The notes beneath the pieces were generated by a model. It did not search any database and was not told the DNA's origin. It saw only the letters and a program-made list of their open reading frames with translations. From contig NZ_JBHSTI010000002.1 of NCBI RefSeq assembly GCF_042660085.1, positions 30,001-62,000 on the forward strand: a DNA stretch of 32,000 bases, in the 5' to 3' direction. A program made the translations under genes and the position numbers. This stretch comes from Longivirga aurantiaca. Its GTDB lineage: Bacteria > Actinomycetota > Actinomycetes > S36-B12 > CAIYMF01. This document shows positions 1-8,998 of the stretch, piece by piece. Each line of letters begins with the position of its first letter. The first letter of the stretch is position 1.

Positions 1-105
1 CCCGACCGTCGCACGATCCCGACCCAGGCCGCGGTCTACGAGGTCGTGCGCGAGCGGCAGATGCGTCCGGTCGAGCCGCTGCCATCCGTGGGGCGCCGGG
101 CCTGA
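1..105 (+). CDS. C-terminal fragment of a protein of unknown function, truncated by window edge
   Basis: Frame 1 open from base 1: PDRRTIPTQAAVYEVVRERQMRPVEPLPSVGRRA*, ending TGA 103-105; too short to assign. Confidence 0.45.
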   Translation, partial: PDRRTIPTQAAVYEVVRERQMRPVEPLPSVGRRA

Positions 106-126
106 CCGTCGGGGATCCCCTGTGGC

Positions 127-831
127 TCAGGCGCTCTCGGCCTCATCGGCGGAGGCCGGCGCCGGGGTGGAGGCGGCCATGCGGCGCGCGTGCCACCACT
201 CGTAGCCGGCGGGCAGCAGGGAGAGCACCACGATGAGGATCGCGATGACCTCGATGTTGTTCTTGACCCAGGGGATGTCCCCGAGCAGGTAGCCGAGCAG
301 CGTCACGCCGCCGGCCCAGATGACGCCGCCGATGCTGGAGTAGATGAGGAACTGGCGGAAGTCCATCTTGCCGACGCCCGCCAGCAGCGTGATGAAGGTG
401 CGGACGATCGGCACGAAGCGCGCCAGGATGATCGAGCGCGGGCCGTACTTCTCGAAGAAGGCGTGCGTCTTGTCGACGTTCGCGGGCGTCAGGAACCTCG
501 CGTCCGGGTTCTTGAACAGCGCAGGCCCGGACTTGCGACCGATCCAGTAGCCCGAGACGTTCCCCGCGATCGCGGCGATGGTGAGCAGGACGCAGGCGAC
601 CCAGATGTTGACGTCGATCGTCCCGGCGCCGATGAACAGACCCGTGACGAACAGCAACGAGTCGCCCGGCAGGAAGAACATGAGGAGCCCGCACTCCACG
701 AACACGATCACCAGCACGGCGACGAACGCCCAGGTGCCGAAGCGTTCGAGGATGGCCTCGGGCTGCAGCCAGCTCGGTCCGATGGCGAGGGTCCAGGTCA
801 GGTGATCCAGCACAGGACGAGGGTAGGTCAC
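127..831 (-). CDS. DedA family membrane protein (SNARE-associated/VTT domain)
   Basis: ...VECGLLMFFLPGDSLLFVTGLF...NVSGYWIGRKSGPALF...ILARFVPIVRTFITLLAGVGKMDFRQF...IWAGGVTLLGYLLG: typical DedA motifs. The 441-aa track ORF is longer than the domain; GTG at 831 is a plausible start. Confidence 0.88.
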   Translation of the reverse strand: MTYPRPVLDHLTWTLAIGPSWLQPEAILERFGTWAFVAVLVIVFVECGLLMFFLPGDSLLFVTGLFIGAGTIDVNIWVACVLLTIAAIAGNVSGYWIGRKSGPALFKNPDARFLTPANVDKTHAFFEKYGPRSIILARFVPIVRTFITLLAGVGKMDFRQFLIYSSIGGVIWAGGVTLLGYLLGDIPWVKNNIEVIAILIVVLSLLPAGYEWWHARRMAASTPAPASADEAESA

Positions 832-1508
832 GCAGGCGGGGCGCTCTGACCACCGGGCTGCGACTCGGCTGAGGATCCCGTGCCAGGGTCGGTCGAGGCC
901 GGCGCCGTACGTCGTGCCCTCCGGGCGCGTGCGGCACCCCCCAGGACCGTGACGACGGTGGCTGCGATGGCGATCGCGGCGGCGGCGTAGGCGATGTCGC
1001 GCAGGACCGGCACCTGGTAGGCGAAGTAGCCGAGCACCGGCAGGCCGACCGCCCAGGGGAGGGCCCCGACGATGTTGGCCGACGTGAAGGCACGCCGGTC
1101 CATGGCCGCGGTGCCCGCGATGATCGGGATGAACGTGCGCACCCAGGGGATCCAGCGCGCCACGACCACGGAGAGCCAGCCGTACTTGTCGTAGAAGCGC
1201 TCGGCGCGCCTCAGCTGCTCCTTGGCGCGGCCCTTCTCGCGGTTCTCCACCCAGTCGCGGCCGAACCGCTTCCCCGTCGTGTAGCCGACCTCGTTGCCGA
1301 TGACTGCGGCGAGGAAGGCGCCCGTCACGAGGACGTAGATGTTGACGTCGCTGTTCGGCGAGGCGGCCACGAGCCCGGCGCCGAACAGGATCGTGTCGCC
1401 GGGGAGCAGGAAGCCGAGCAGCAGCGCGCACTCGGCGAACAGGAACCCCCACAGCACGGCGTACACGGCGATGGCGCCGAGCGACGACAGGTCAGGGCCT
1501 TCCCACAC
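828..1508 (-). CDS. DedA family membrane protein
   Basis: 226 aa; FAECALLLGFLLPGDTILFGAG...GNEVGYTTGKRFGRDW...VVVARWIPWVRTFIPIIAGTAAMDRRAF. GTG start. Confidence 0.88.
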   Translation of the reverse strand: MWEGPDLSSLGAIAVYAVLWGFLFAECALLLGFLLPGDTILFGAGLVAASPNSDVNIYVLVTGAFLAAVIGNEVGYTTGKRFGRDWVENREKGRAKEQLRRAERFYDKYGWLSVVVARWIPWVRTFIPIIAGTAAMDRRAFTSANIVGALPWAVGLPVLGYFAYQVPVLRDIAYAAAAIAIAATVVTVLGGAARARRARRTAPASTDPGTGSSAESQPGGQSAPPA

Positions 1509-1515
1509 GCCCCCG

Positions 1516-1525
1516 AGCCTAGGCT
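1516..1525. promoter_or_regulatory. Palindromic shared -10 element (AGCCTAGGCT) between divergent dedA-like and trmH-like genes
   Basis: TAGGCT 1520-1525 then 6 nt to GTG 1532 (+); on the minus strand TAGGCT 1521-1516 then 7 nt to GTG 1508. Confidence 0.55.
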
Positions 1526-1531
1526 GACGGC

Positions 1532-2182
1532 GTGGATACGCCTGCCGACCCCGAGCCGGACTCCCCGGCGGCGGAGGTCGGGGTGGGGCCGCACCCGCTG
1601 CCGTGGCCGGACGACGACCGGCTCGACCCCCAGCTGCTGCGCGACGGCGACCGGCGCAACGTGGTCGACCGCTACCGGTACTGGACGGTCGAGGCGATCG
1701 TCGCCGACCTCGACACGACCCGGCACCCGTTCCACGTGGCCATCGAGAACCTCGCGCATGACTTCAACATCGGGTCCGTCGTACGCACGGCCAACGCGTT
1801 CAACGCGTCGTCCGTGCGGGTGGTCGGCCGCAAGCGCTGGAACCGCCGCGGCGCGATGGTGACCGACCGCTACCTGCACGTCGAGCACCACGATGACGCG
1901 GCCGCACTGGCTGCGTGGGCGGCCGCGGCCGGGATCCCGGTGGTCGGCGTCGACAACCTGCCCGGCTCGGTGCCGCTCGAGACGTTCGACCTCCCGCGGG
2001 AGTGCGTGCTGCTGTTCGGCCAGGAGGGCACCGGCCTGTCGGACGCCGCCCGCTCGGTGTGCACGGCCACCGTGTCCGTGGCGCAGTACGGCTCTACCCG
2101 TTCGATCAACGTGGGCGCAGCGGCCGCAGTGGCGATGCACGCGTGGATCCGCCGCCACGTCTTCGACCAGCCGCCAGCCTGA
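1532..2182 (+). CDS. TrmH/SpoU family RNA 2'-O-methyltransferase
   Basis: 216 aa; NLAHDFNIGSVVRTANAFNASSVRVVG...ECVLLFGQEGTGLSD...QYGSTRSINVGAAAAVAMHAW are SPOUT/TrmH motifs. Confidence 0.85.
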   Translation: MDTPADPEPDSPAAEVGVGPHPLPWPDDDRLDPQLLRDGDRRNVVDRYRYWTVEAIVADLDTTRHPFHVAIENLAHDFNIGSVVRTANAFNASSVRVVGRKRWNRRGAMVTDRYLHVEHHDDAAALAAWAAAAGIPVVGVDNLPGSVPLETFDLPRECVLLFGQEGTGLSDAARSVCTATVSVAQYGSTRSINVGAAAAVAMHAWIRRHVFDQPPA

Positions 2183-2210
2183 CGAGCGTTCCCGCTGGCA
2201 GTCTGGGCGC

Positions 2211-2609
2211 GTGACGTCGCCGACCCCTCCGCCGGACCCGACACCGAGCGTCTCGGCGCCCCTGCCGTCCGCGCTGGTGTGGCTCCTGCTCCTCCTGCGA
2301 TTCCTCCTCGAGCTCGCGCTCCTCGCGGCGTACGTCGTGGCCTGCGCGCGGCTGGCCGGCGGAGTCGCCGGGTGGGTGCTCGGCGTCGTGGTCGCCCTGC
2401 TGGTGGCGGCGGTGTGGGGCGTGCTGCTCTCGCCGCGCCGCCGGGTGGCGGCACCGGTGGCCGTGCGGGTCGCGGTCGAGCTCGTGCTGTTCGTGGCGGC
2501 GGGCGTGCTGCTCGCGGCGTCCGGCCTCGTGCTCCTCGGCGTACTCCTCGTCGCGGCCGAGCTCCTCGTGCTCGGCCTCCTCCAGGGCCCCGACAAGCAC
2601 GCCCTCTGA
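2211..2609 (+). CDS. Small membrane protein, YrdB/DUF2568-like
   Basis: From in-frame GTG 2211: VTSPTPPPDPTPSVSAPLPSALVWLLLLLRFLLELALLAAYVVACARL...; four hydrophobic segments in YrdB-like layout. Confidence 0.6.
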   Translation: MTSPTPPPDPTPSVSAPLPSALVWLLLLLRFLLELALLAAYVVACARLAGGVAGWVLGVVVALLVAAVWGVLLSPRRRVAAPVAVRVAVELVLFVAAGVLLAASGLVLLGVLLVAAELLVLGLLQGPDKHAL

Positions 2610-2629
2610 CCCGCCTCCTGACGCGAATT

Positions 2630-2679
2630 ACTGCCCGAAGTGGGGTTTCGAGGGCGCGTAGCACCCCACTTCGGGCAGT
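2630..2679. repeat. Perfect 17-bp inverted repeat (hairpin)
   Basis: ACTGCCCGAAGTGGGGT (2630-2646) / ACCCCACTTCGGGCAGT (2663-2679), 16-nt loop. Confidence 0.85.
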
Positions 2680-2747
2680 GACTCGAGCACATCCGCTCGG
2701 CGCGAAACGGCGTCGGCGCGGGTGGCCGGACGTGGCAGGGTGCTCCG

Positions 2748-4052
2748 GTGCCTGACGACGTGACCCCGGACGCCGCTGCCGCGCCCGACGGCGTGCGCGC
2801 GGGGCACGACTGGCGGCGCGACGTCGGGCTGCTGCGTCGGCGCGAGATCGGGCTGGTCTTCGGCTCGCGGCTGGTCTCGGACCTCGGCAGCGGCATCGCC
2901 CCCATCGCGCTCGCCTTCGGCGTCCTCGGCCTCCCCGGGGCGGACGCCGGCGACCTCGGCCTCGTGCTGTTCGCCGCAGCCGTGCCGCGCGTGGTCTTCA
3001 TGCTCCTCGGCGGGGTGGTGGCGGACCGGCTCGACCGGGGTCGCCTCATGGTCACGGCGGAGGTGCTGGCCGGGCTCGCCCAGCTGCTCGCCGGCGTGCT
3101 GCTCCTGACGGGCACCGCCTCGATCCTCTGGCTCTGCGTGCTCGCGGCCGTGAACGGAACGGCGTTCTCGCTCTTCTACCCGGCGTACGCAGGCCTCGTC
3201 CCGTCGCTCGTGGCAGACCCGGGCGACCTGCAGTCGGTGAACGCGCTGCTGCGCCTGTCGACCAACGTGGCCGGGATCCTGGGCACGGCGCTCGGCGGTC
3301 TGCTCGTCGCCACCATCGGCGCGGGCCCGGCACTGGTCGTCGACTCGTTCACGTTCCTGCTCTCCGCGACGCTCATCTGGCTGCTCGGCGAGCGGGCGCG
3401 CGGCCGGGTCGAGGGGGCGGGCTCGGCGCTCGCCGACCTGCGCGACGGCTGGCGGGAGTTCACCGCCCGCCGCTGGGTCTGGGGCGTGGTGCTGCTGTTC
3501 TCCTTCATGAACATCGGCTTCTCCGCCGCCGTCGGCGTCGTGGGGCCGGTGCGCGCGCTGGACTCGTGGGACGGCGCGCCCACCTGGGCGCTCCTCCTGG
3601 CGTGCTTCTCGCTCGGCACCGTGACCGGAGTCGTGGTGGCCCTGCGGGTGCGGCCGGCGCGGCCGCTGCTGGTGGCGATGTGCGTCGCGCCGGTGATGGC
3701 GCTGCCGATCATCGCCCTCGCGCCGCCGTGGCCGGTGGCGGTCGTGGCCGTGCTGGCCTTCGCGGCCGGCGTCGCCTCCGACGTGTTCGAGGTCCTCTGG
3801 ATCACGGCCCTCCAGAACAACATCCCGGCCGAGGCGCTGTCGCGGGTGTCGTCGTACGACTACCTCGGCTCGCTGGCGCTCGTCCCGATCGGGCTCGCCG
3901 TGAGCGGCTGGGCGGTGGCGACGTACGGGGTCGAGGCGACCATGTCGGCATGCGCGGCCCTGTGCCTGACCTCCGCGATCGGTCTGCTCGACCCGCAGGT
4001 GCGCGCCCTGCGCGCCGGACGCGCCGATGGTCTCGACGCCGCCGCAGCCTGA
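2748..4052 (+). CDS. MFS transporter
   Basis: 434 aa, about 12 hydrophobic segments; RREIGLVFGSRLVSDLGSG..., GGVVADRLDRGRLMV motif. Confidence 0.85.
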   Translation: MPDDVTPDAAAAPDGVRAGHDWRRDVGLLRRREIGLVFGSRLVSDLGSGIAPIALAFGVLGLPGADAGDLGLVLFAAAVPRVVFMLLGGVVADRLDRGRLMVTAEVLAGLAQLLAGVLLLTGTASILWLCVLAAVNGTAFSLFYPAYAGLVPSLVADPGDLQSVNALLRLSTNVAGILGTALGGLLVATIGAGPALVVDSFTFLLSATLIWLLGERARGRVEGAGSALADLRDGWREFTARRWVWGVVLLFSFMNIGFSAAVGVVGPVRALDSWDGAPTWALLLACFSLGTVTGVVVALRVRPARPLLVAMCVAPVMALPIIALAPPWPVAVVAVLAFAAGVASDVFEVLWITALQNNIPAEALSRVSSYDYLGSLALVPIGLAVSGWAVATYGVEATMSACAALCLTSAIGLLDPQVRALRAGRADGLDAAAA

Positions 4053-4219
4053 GCCGGGGCCGCCCGCTGCGGCGCGGGACGTACGGCGGGAGTGTGACCT
4101 ACCGGTCAGTACCCGCCATGCCTGGAACCGCTTGCGGCTGCCGTGGAAGGATGGGCCGCAGAGAACCGCAGGCAACGAAGCCCACGGACCGGTTCCACGT
4201 TGTGTAGGAGCGCATTTCC

Positions 4220-5242
<1,023 letters not shown>

Positions 5243-5257
5243 CTCTCGCGCGAACGA

Positions 5258-5288
5258 CGGCCCCGCAGACCACCGGTCTGCGGGGCCG
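5258..5288 (+). terminator. Probable intrinsic terminator hairpin after fbaA (no clear U-tract)
   Basis: CGGCCCCGCAGAC (5258-5270) / GTCTGCGGGGCCG (5276-5288), 5-nt loop. Confidence 0.6.
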
Positions 5289-5355
5289 ACGCACGTCCCA
5301 GGGGTGTTGCGGAGCACGGCAACGTGCGGCTGGCCGCCGTACGCCGCTGCCGGGA

Positions 5356-5412
5356 CGAAGTGCGCGGAACCCACCGGATCTAGCTGCAATCCGGTGGGTT
5401 CCGTGCACTTCG
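5356..5412. repeat. 57-nt palindromic element, copy 1
   Basis: CGAAGTGCGCGGAACCCACCGGAT-ctagctgca-ATCCGGTGGGTTCCGTGCACTTCG; 24-bp stem with a single G-T. Confidence 0.85.
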
Positions 5413-5494
5413 CGACGCAGAGGTTGGCGCGGCTCCCGGTCCTGCTTGTGGACAGGCTCAGCGGGCGTGCCGAGGTTCCCGTCAGGCTGGCGCG

Positions 5495-6508
5495 GTGCAC
5501 TGGAGCAGGTCCGACGAGCGGATCGTGGCGGTACGCCGGCGCCTCGGCGACGGTCCCTGGGCGCGCCAGCAGCTGCTTGCAGCCGGGTGGTCCGCTCGGC
5601 AGATCGAGCGTGATCTGCAGCAGGGCCGGCTCGAGCGCGTCATCCGGGGGGTGTATGCGCCGACCGGTGTGGTGCTGGCATGGGACGCGCCGCAGACGTA
5701 CGCCCCGCCGATCCTCGGCGCCGGTGACGACGCAGCCGTCTCGTTCGAGTCCGCGGCGGCCATCCGCCGCATGTGGATCCCGTACCCAGCCGATCCTCGG
5801 ATACACCTCAGCTCGTCAGGTCGGCCCGTCACCTATGACCCGGTGGTACGCCGGCACCGCACGCACCTGCGCGACGACGACGTCGACGTACTTGCCGGAG
5901 TCCGGGTCACGAGCGTGGCGCGGACGGCGGTGGACCTCGCCCGCGGCAAGGCATTCGCCCAGGCCCTCGCGCCGCTCGACTCCGCGACCCGGATCCTGGC
6001 GCTCGGGGAGGCTGCGCACTCCGCGGCCGGACGGGTGCTCCTGGCCCGACCCGGCGCCCGTCGACGCGTCGACGCAGCCCTCGGCGAGCTGCGTGCCGCG
6101 GCTGGGCGCATCGCCGGTGGGCGGGGAACCCGCGAACTGGTCCGCTGCCTCGAGCAGGTCGACCCGCGCAGCGAGTCGCCGTACGAGTCGTGGTGCCGAG
6201 GCGAGCTCGTCTCAGCCGGCGTGCGTATCGAAGCGCTCGGGCTGGAGGTACGGGGCGCCTCGGGCCGGCTCTACTACGCGGACTTCGCCTGGCCGTCGCT
6301 GCGGCTGATTGCCGAGGCCGACGGCGTCGAGAAGTACGGAAGCGACCTGCGCACGGTGAGGGAACGGGTGATGGCCGAACGTCACCGCCAGCGCGATCTG
6401 GAGGACGCCGGGTGGGAGTTCGTCCGTTGGACCGCGGGCGAGCCGGCTCTGGTGTTCACCGCGCGGGTGGCAAGGGCTCTCGCGGCAGCCACGGCGCGAA
6501 GTGCGTGA
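5495..6508 (+). CDS. AbiEi antitoxin-like N-terminal region plus DUF559/endonuclease-like C-terminal domain
   Basis: 337 aa from GTG; RQQLLAAGWSARQIERDLQQGRLERVIRGVYAPTG (AbiEi-type wHTH), C-term YYADFAWPSLRLIAEADGVEKYGSDLRTVRERVMAERHRQRDLEDAGWEFVRWTAGE (DUF559-like). Confidence 0.7.
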   Translation: MHWSRSDERIVAVRRRLGDGPWARQQLLAAGWSARQIERDLQQGRLERVIRGVYAPTGVVLAWDAPQTYAPPILGAGDDAAVSFESAAAIRRMWIPYPADPRIHLSSSGRPVTYDPVVRRHRTHLRDDDVDVLAGVRVTSVARTAVDLARGKAFAQALAPLDSATRILALGEAAHSAAGRVLLARPGARRRVDAALGELRAAAGRIAGGRGTRELVRCLEQVDPRSESPYESWCRGELVSAGVRIEALGLEVRGASGRLYYADFAWPSLRLIAEADGVEKYGSDLRTVRERVMAERHRQRDLEDAGWEFVRWTAGEPALVFTARVARALAAATARSA

Positions 6509-6553
6509 AGCCCACCGAACTCAGCGCCGATCCGGTGGTCATCACGCACCTCG
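6497..6553. repeat. 57-nt palindromic element, copy 2 (diverged); overlaps the stop codon of the AbiEi-like gene
   Basis: CGAAGTGCGTGAAGCCCACCGAACTCAGCGCCGATCCGGTGGTCATCACGCACCTCG aligns gap-free to 5356-5412. Confidence 0.7.
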
Positions 6554-6579
6554 CCGGTGCGGAGCGAGTTCTGGGCCGG

Positions 6580-7311
6580 CTACTTCAGGCCGAGGCAGAG
6601 ATAGCGGCCGGCGGTCGCGGTGTCGATGGTGCCGATGGTCGAGGCCGGGCAGTCGGTCTCGGCGACGACCTCCTTGAGCGCCACGTACGTGGCGTCGGTG
6701 GAGTCGCACTCGACGACGAACACCTTGTCTCCGTCGGCCGTGTAGCAGGAGCCCACCGTCTCGGCGAGGGCCGGGGTGGACTTGTCCGACGCGAAGGCGA
6801 GACCGAACGCGGCCGCTGCACCCACGGCCAGGACCGTGCCGACGGCGACGACCGCCGTGCCGAGGCCGCCGAGTCCGGAGCCCGAGGCCGCGCTGGCCGC
6901 CTTGTAGCGGGCGAACGCCGAGCGCCAGAGGCCGAACGTGACGAAGTAGCCGCCCCACCACAGGATCCCGCCGCCGCGGCTGTTGATCACCATGATCCCG
7001 GCGATCGAGACGCCGACGGCGACGAGCACGCCGAGCAGGAACAGCGGTGCCGCTGCTGCGAACGGGCTCGGTCCGCCTGCGGTCGCACCCGGGGCGAGCG
7101 GGGCGCCGTACGCCGGTCCGCCGTACTGCGGGTCGCCCAAGAGAGGGGCGCTGGCCTCCGACCCGTCCGTGCCCGGCTGCGGCGTTGCGAATCCTGCCTC
7201 GGCGGTCGTGACGTCCTCGGCGGCCTGCGCCTCAACCGTCTCCCAGTCGTGGCCGTTCCACCTGCGCCCGTCGACGACCTGCCCGACCTCGTAGCCCGGC
7301 GTTTCGCTCAT
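6580..7311 (-). CDS. Hypothetical membrane protein with low-complexity N-terminus
   Basis: 243 aa; MSETPGYEVGQVVDGRRWNGHDWETVE..., hydrophobic helices at PLFLLGVLVAVGVSIAGIMV and GTAVVAVGTVLAVGAAAAFGLAF. Confidence 0.7.
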   Translation of the reverse strand: MSETPGYEVGQVVDGRRWNGHDWETVEAQAAEDVTTAEAGFATPQPGTDGSEASAPLLGDPQYGGPAYGAPLAPGATAGGPSPFAAAAPLFLLGVLVAVGVSIAGIMVINSRGGGILWWGGYFVTFGLWRSAFARYKAASAASGSGLGGLGTAVVAVGTVLAVGAAAAFGLAFASDKSTPALAETVGSCYTADGDKVFVVECDSTDATYVALKEVVAETDCPASTIGTIDTATAGRYLCLGLK

Positions 7312-7480
7312 GACCTGTCCCCCGTCGCGTCGAATGTGCGTGGACCGTAGTGGACCGATGGACCCGGACGCACGCGCGTCGGCCGCGCGTCATGTCACGA
7401 ATCGGCGCCGGGTCCTGCGGCGGGCGCAGGGGCCGCGAGCCCGTGGAGCGGGCGGCGGCAGGGTCGGGCAGGATCAGCAC

Positions 7481-7906
7481 GTGACCACTCCGATCGACCA
7501 GAACCTCATCGGCGGCCCTGCCCCGACGTTCCTGCCGGACGACCCGGCACCGCGCGAGGCGCTCGAGGCGGGCACCGACCCGTACGTCGTCGCCGCCGCG
7601 CACCCCACGAGCAGCCTGGTCTGGAGCGTGCTCGCCGACCAGGCGCACGCCGAGGGCCGCACGGTGGAGTCGTACGCCTTCGCGCGCGTCGGCTACCACC
7701 GCGGCCTCGACACCCTGCGCCGCAACGGCTGGAAGGGCCACGGCCCGGTGCCGTGGGAGCACGAGCCCAACCGCGGCTTCCTGCGCTGCCTGCACGCGCT
7801 CGCCCGCGCCGCCACCCTCATCGGCGAGGAGGACGAGGCCACCCGCTGCACGCTCTTCCTGCGCGACTCCTCGGCGGCCGCCGCCGCCGCGCTCGAAGGT
7901 CGCTGA
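7481..7906 (+). CDS. DUF3151 family protein
   Basis: In-frame GTG 7481: MTTPIDQNLIGGPAPTFLPDDPAPREALEAGTDPYVVAAAHPTSSLVWSVLADQA...YHRGLDTLRRNGWKGHGPVPWEHEPNRGFLR. Confidence 0.85.
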   Translation: MTTPIDQNLIGGPAPTFLPDDPAPREALEAGTDPYVVAAAHPTSSLVWSVLADQAHAEGRTVESYAFARVGYHRGLDTLRRNGWKGHGPVPWEHEPNRGFLRCLHALARAATLIGEEDEATRCTLFLRDSSAAAAAALEGR

Positions 7907-8887
7907 GTGGCACCGAGCGTCGCAGTCGTTGGCGCGGGGATCGGGGGAGTCTCCGCTGCGCGGGTGCTGCAGAGCCGCGGCGTCGACGTCGTCGTGCTCG
8001 ACCGCGGCCACCGCATCGGCGGCCGGATGGCGGCGCGCACCTTGCGCGGCACCGGGCTGCCGTACGACGGCCGCGTGGTCGACGTGGGGGCGGCGTACCT
8101 CACGGCGGACGACGCCGAGTTCGCCGAGGTCGTCGCTGCCTGGGTCGATGCCGGCGTCGCGCGGCCCTGGACCGACACCTTCCTCACCGCCACCTTCGAC
8201 GGCGTGAGCGGCAGCACCACCGGGCCGATGCGGTACGCCGCCGCGGGGGGGCTGCGCTCGCTCGTGGAGGACCTGGCGGCCGACCTCACCACCGTGGTCT
8301 ACCCGCGCGAGGTGGCCTCGGTGGAGCGCGACCGCGACGGCGTGCTCGTCGACGGCGAGCGCTTCGACTCCGTGGTGCTGGCCATGCCCGACCCGCAGGC
8401 CCGCGACGTGCTCGCGCTCGACGACCCCCTGCAGTTCCGGCTCACCGGCGTCGAGTGGCTGCCGGTGCTCAGCGTGACCGCGGCGTACGCCGCGCACCGC
8501 TGGGACGACCTCGACGGGGTCTTCGTCAACGACAACGACGCGATCTCGTTCATCGCCGAGGACGGTCGACGGCGCGGCGACGGTGCGCCGGTCCTCGTCG
8601 TCCAGACGCACCCCGCGCTTGCGGCGCGCCACCTCGACGACCCGTCGGGTGCGGCGCCCGAGGCGCTGGCGGCGCTGCGCAGCGTGCTCGACGTGCCGAG
8701 CCCGGCGTGGCACGAGGTACGGCGCTGGTCGCTGGCGCGGCCGGAGGCCAACCGGCCGGAGCCGTTCGCGCTCGTGGACGGGATCGGCATCTGCGGCGAC
8801 AGCTGGGGGGCGCCGCCGCGCATCCAGACGGCCTGGCTGTCCGGGCGGCGGCTGGGCGAGGCCGTGGCGGAGTCGCTCGGCGTCTGA
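7907..8887 (+). CDS. FAD-dependent oxidoreductase (amine oxidase/renalase-like)
   Basis: N-terminal dinucleotide-binding motif VAVVGAGIGGVSAARVLQSRGVDVVVLDRGHRIGGRMAAR. TGA 7904-7906 directly abuts GTG 7907. Confidence 0.85.
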   Translation: MAPSVAVVGAGIGGVSAARVLQSRGVDVVVLDRGHRIGGRMAARTLRGTGLPYDGRVVDVGAAYLTADDAEFAEVVAAWVDAGVARPWTDTFLTATFDGVSGSTTGPMRYAAAGGLRSLVEDLAADLTTVVYPREVASVERDRDGVLVDGERFDSVVLAMPDPQARDVLALDDPLQFRLTGVEWLPVLSVTAAYAAHRWDDLDGVFVNDNDAISFIAEDGRRRGDGAPVLVVQTHPALAARHLDDPSGAAPEALAALRSVLDVPSPAWHEVRRWSLARPEANRPEPFALVDGIGICGDSWGAPPRIQTAWLSGRRLGEAVAESLGV

Positions 8888-8950
8888 GGCGACGCCGCAC
8901 CTCTCGCGCAGGGATTCGGACGGTGCCCCTCGCGGCCGGTAGGCTCTGGT

Positions 8951-8972
8951 GGCACCACCCCTCTGTGGTGCC
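8951..8972 (+). promoter_or_regulatory. Hairpin at the predicted 5' end of the purA transcript
   Basis: GGCACCAC-ccctct-GTGGTGCC, immediately downstream of a TAGGCT -10-like hexamer at 8940-8945. Confidence 0.4.
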
Positions 8973-8998
8973 CGCGTGTCACATCGAGGGAGCGCCAG

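Noticed and set aside
111-120. GGGGATCCCC palindrome between the partial CDS and the DedA stop
   Set aside because: Too short, no loop, expected by chance; might contribute to a convergent terminator but is not supported.
190-849. 219-aa plus-strand ORF antisense to the first DedA gene
   Set aside because: D/R/H-rich shadow of a clear membrane-protein coding frame.
4095-4108. TGACC-N4-GGTCA inverted repeat upstream of fbaA
   Set aside because: Only 5-bp arms and no second copy; insufficient to call an operator.
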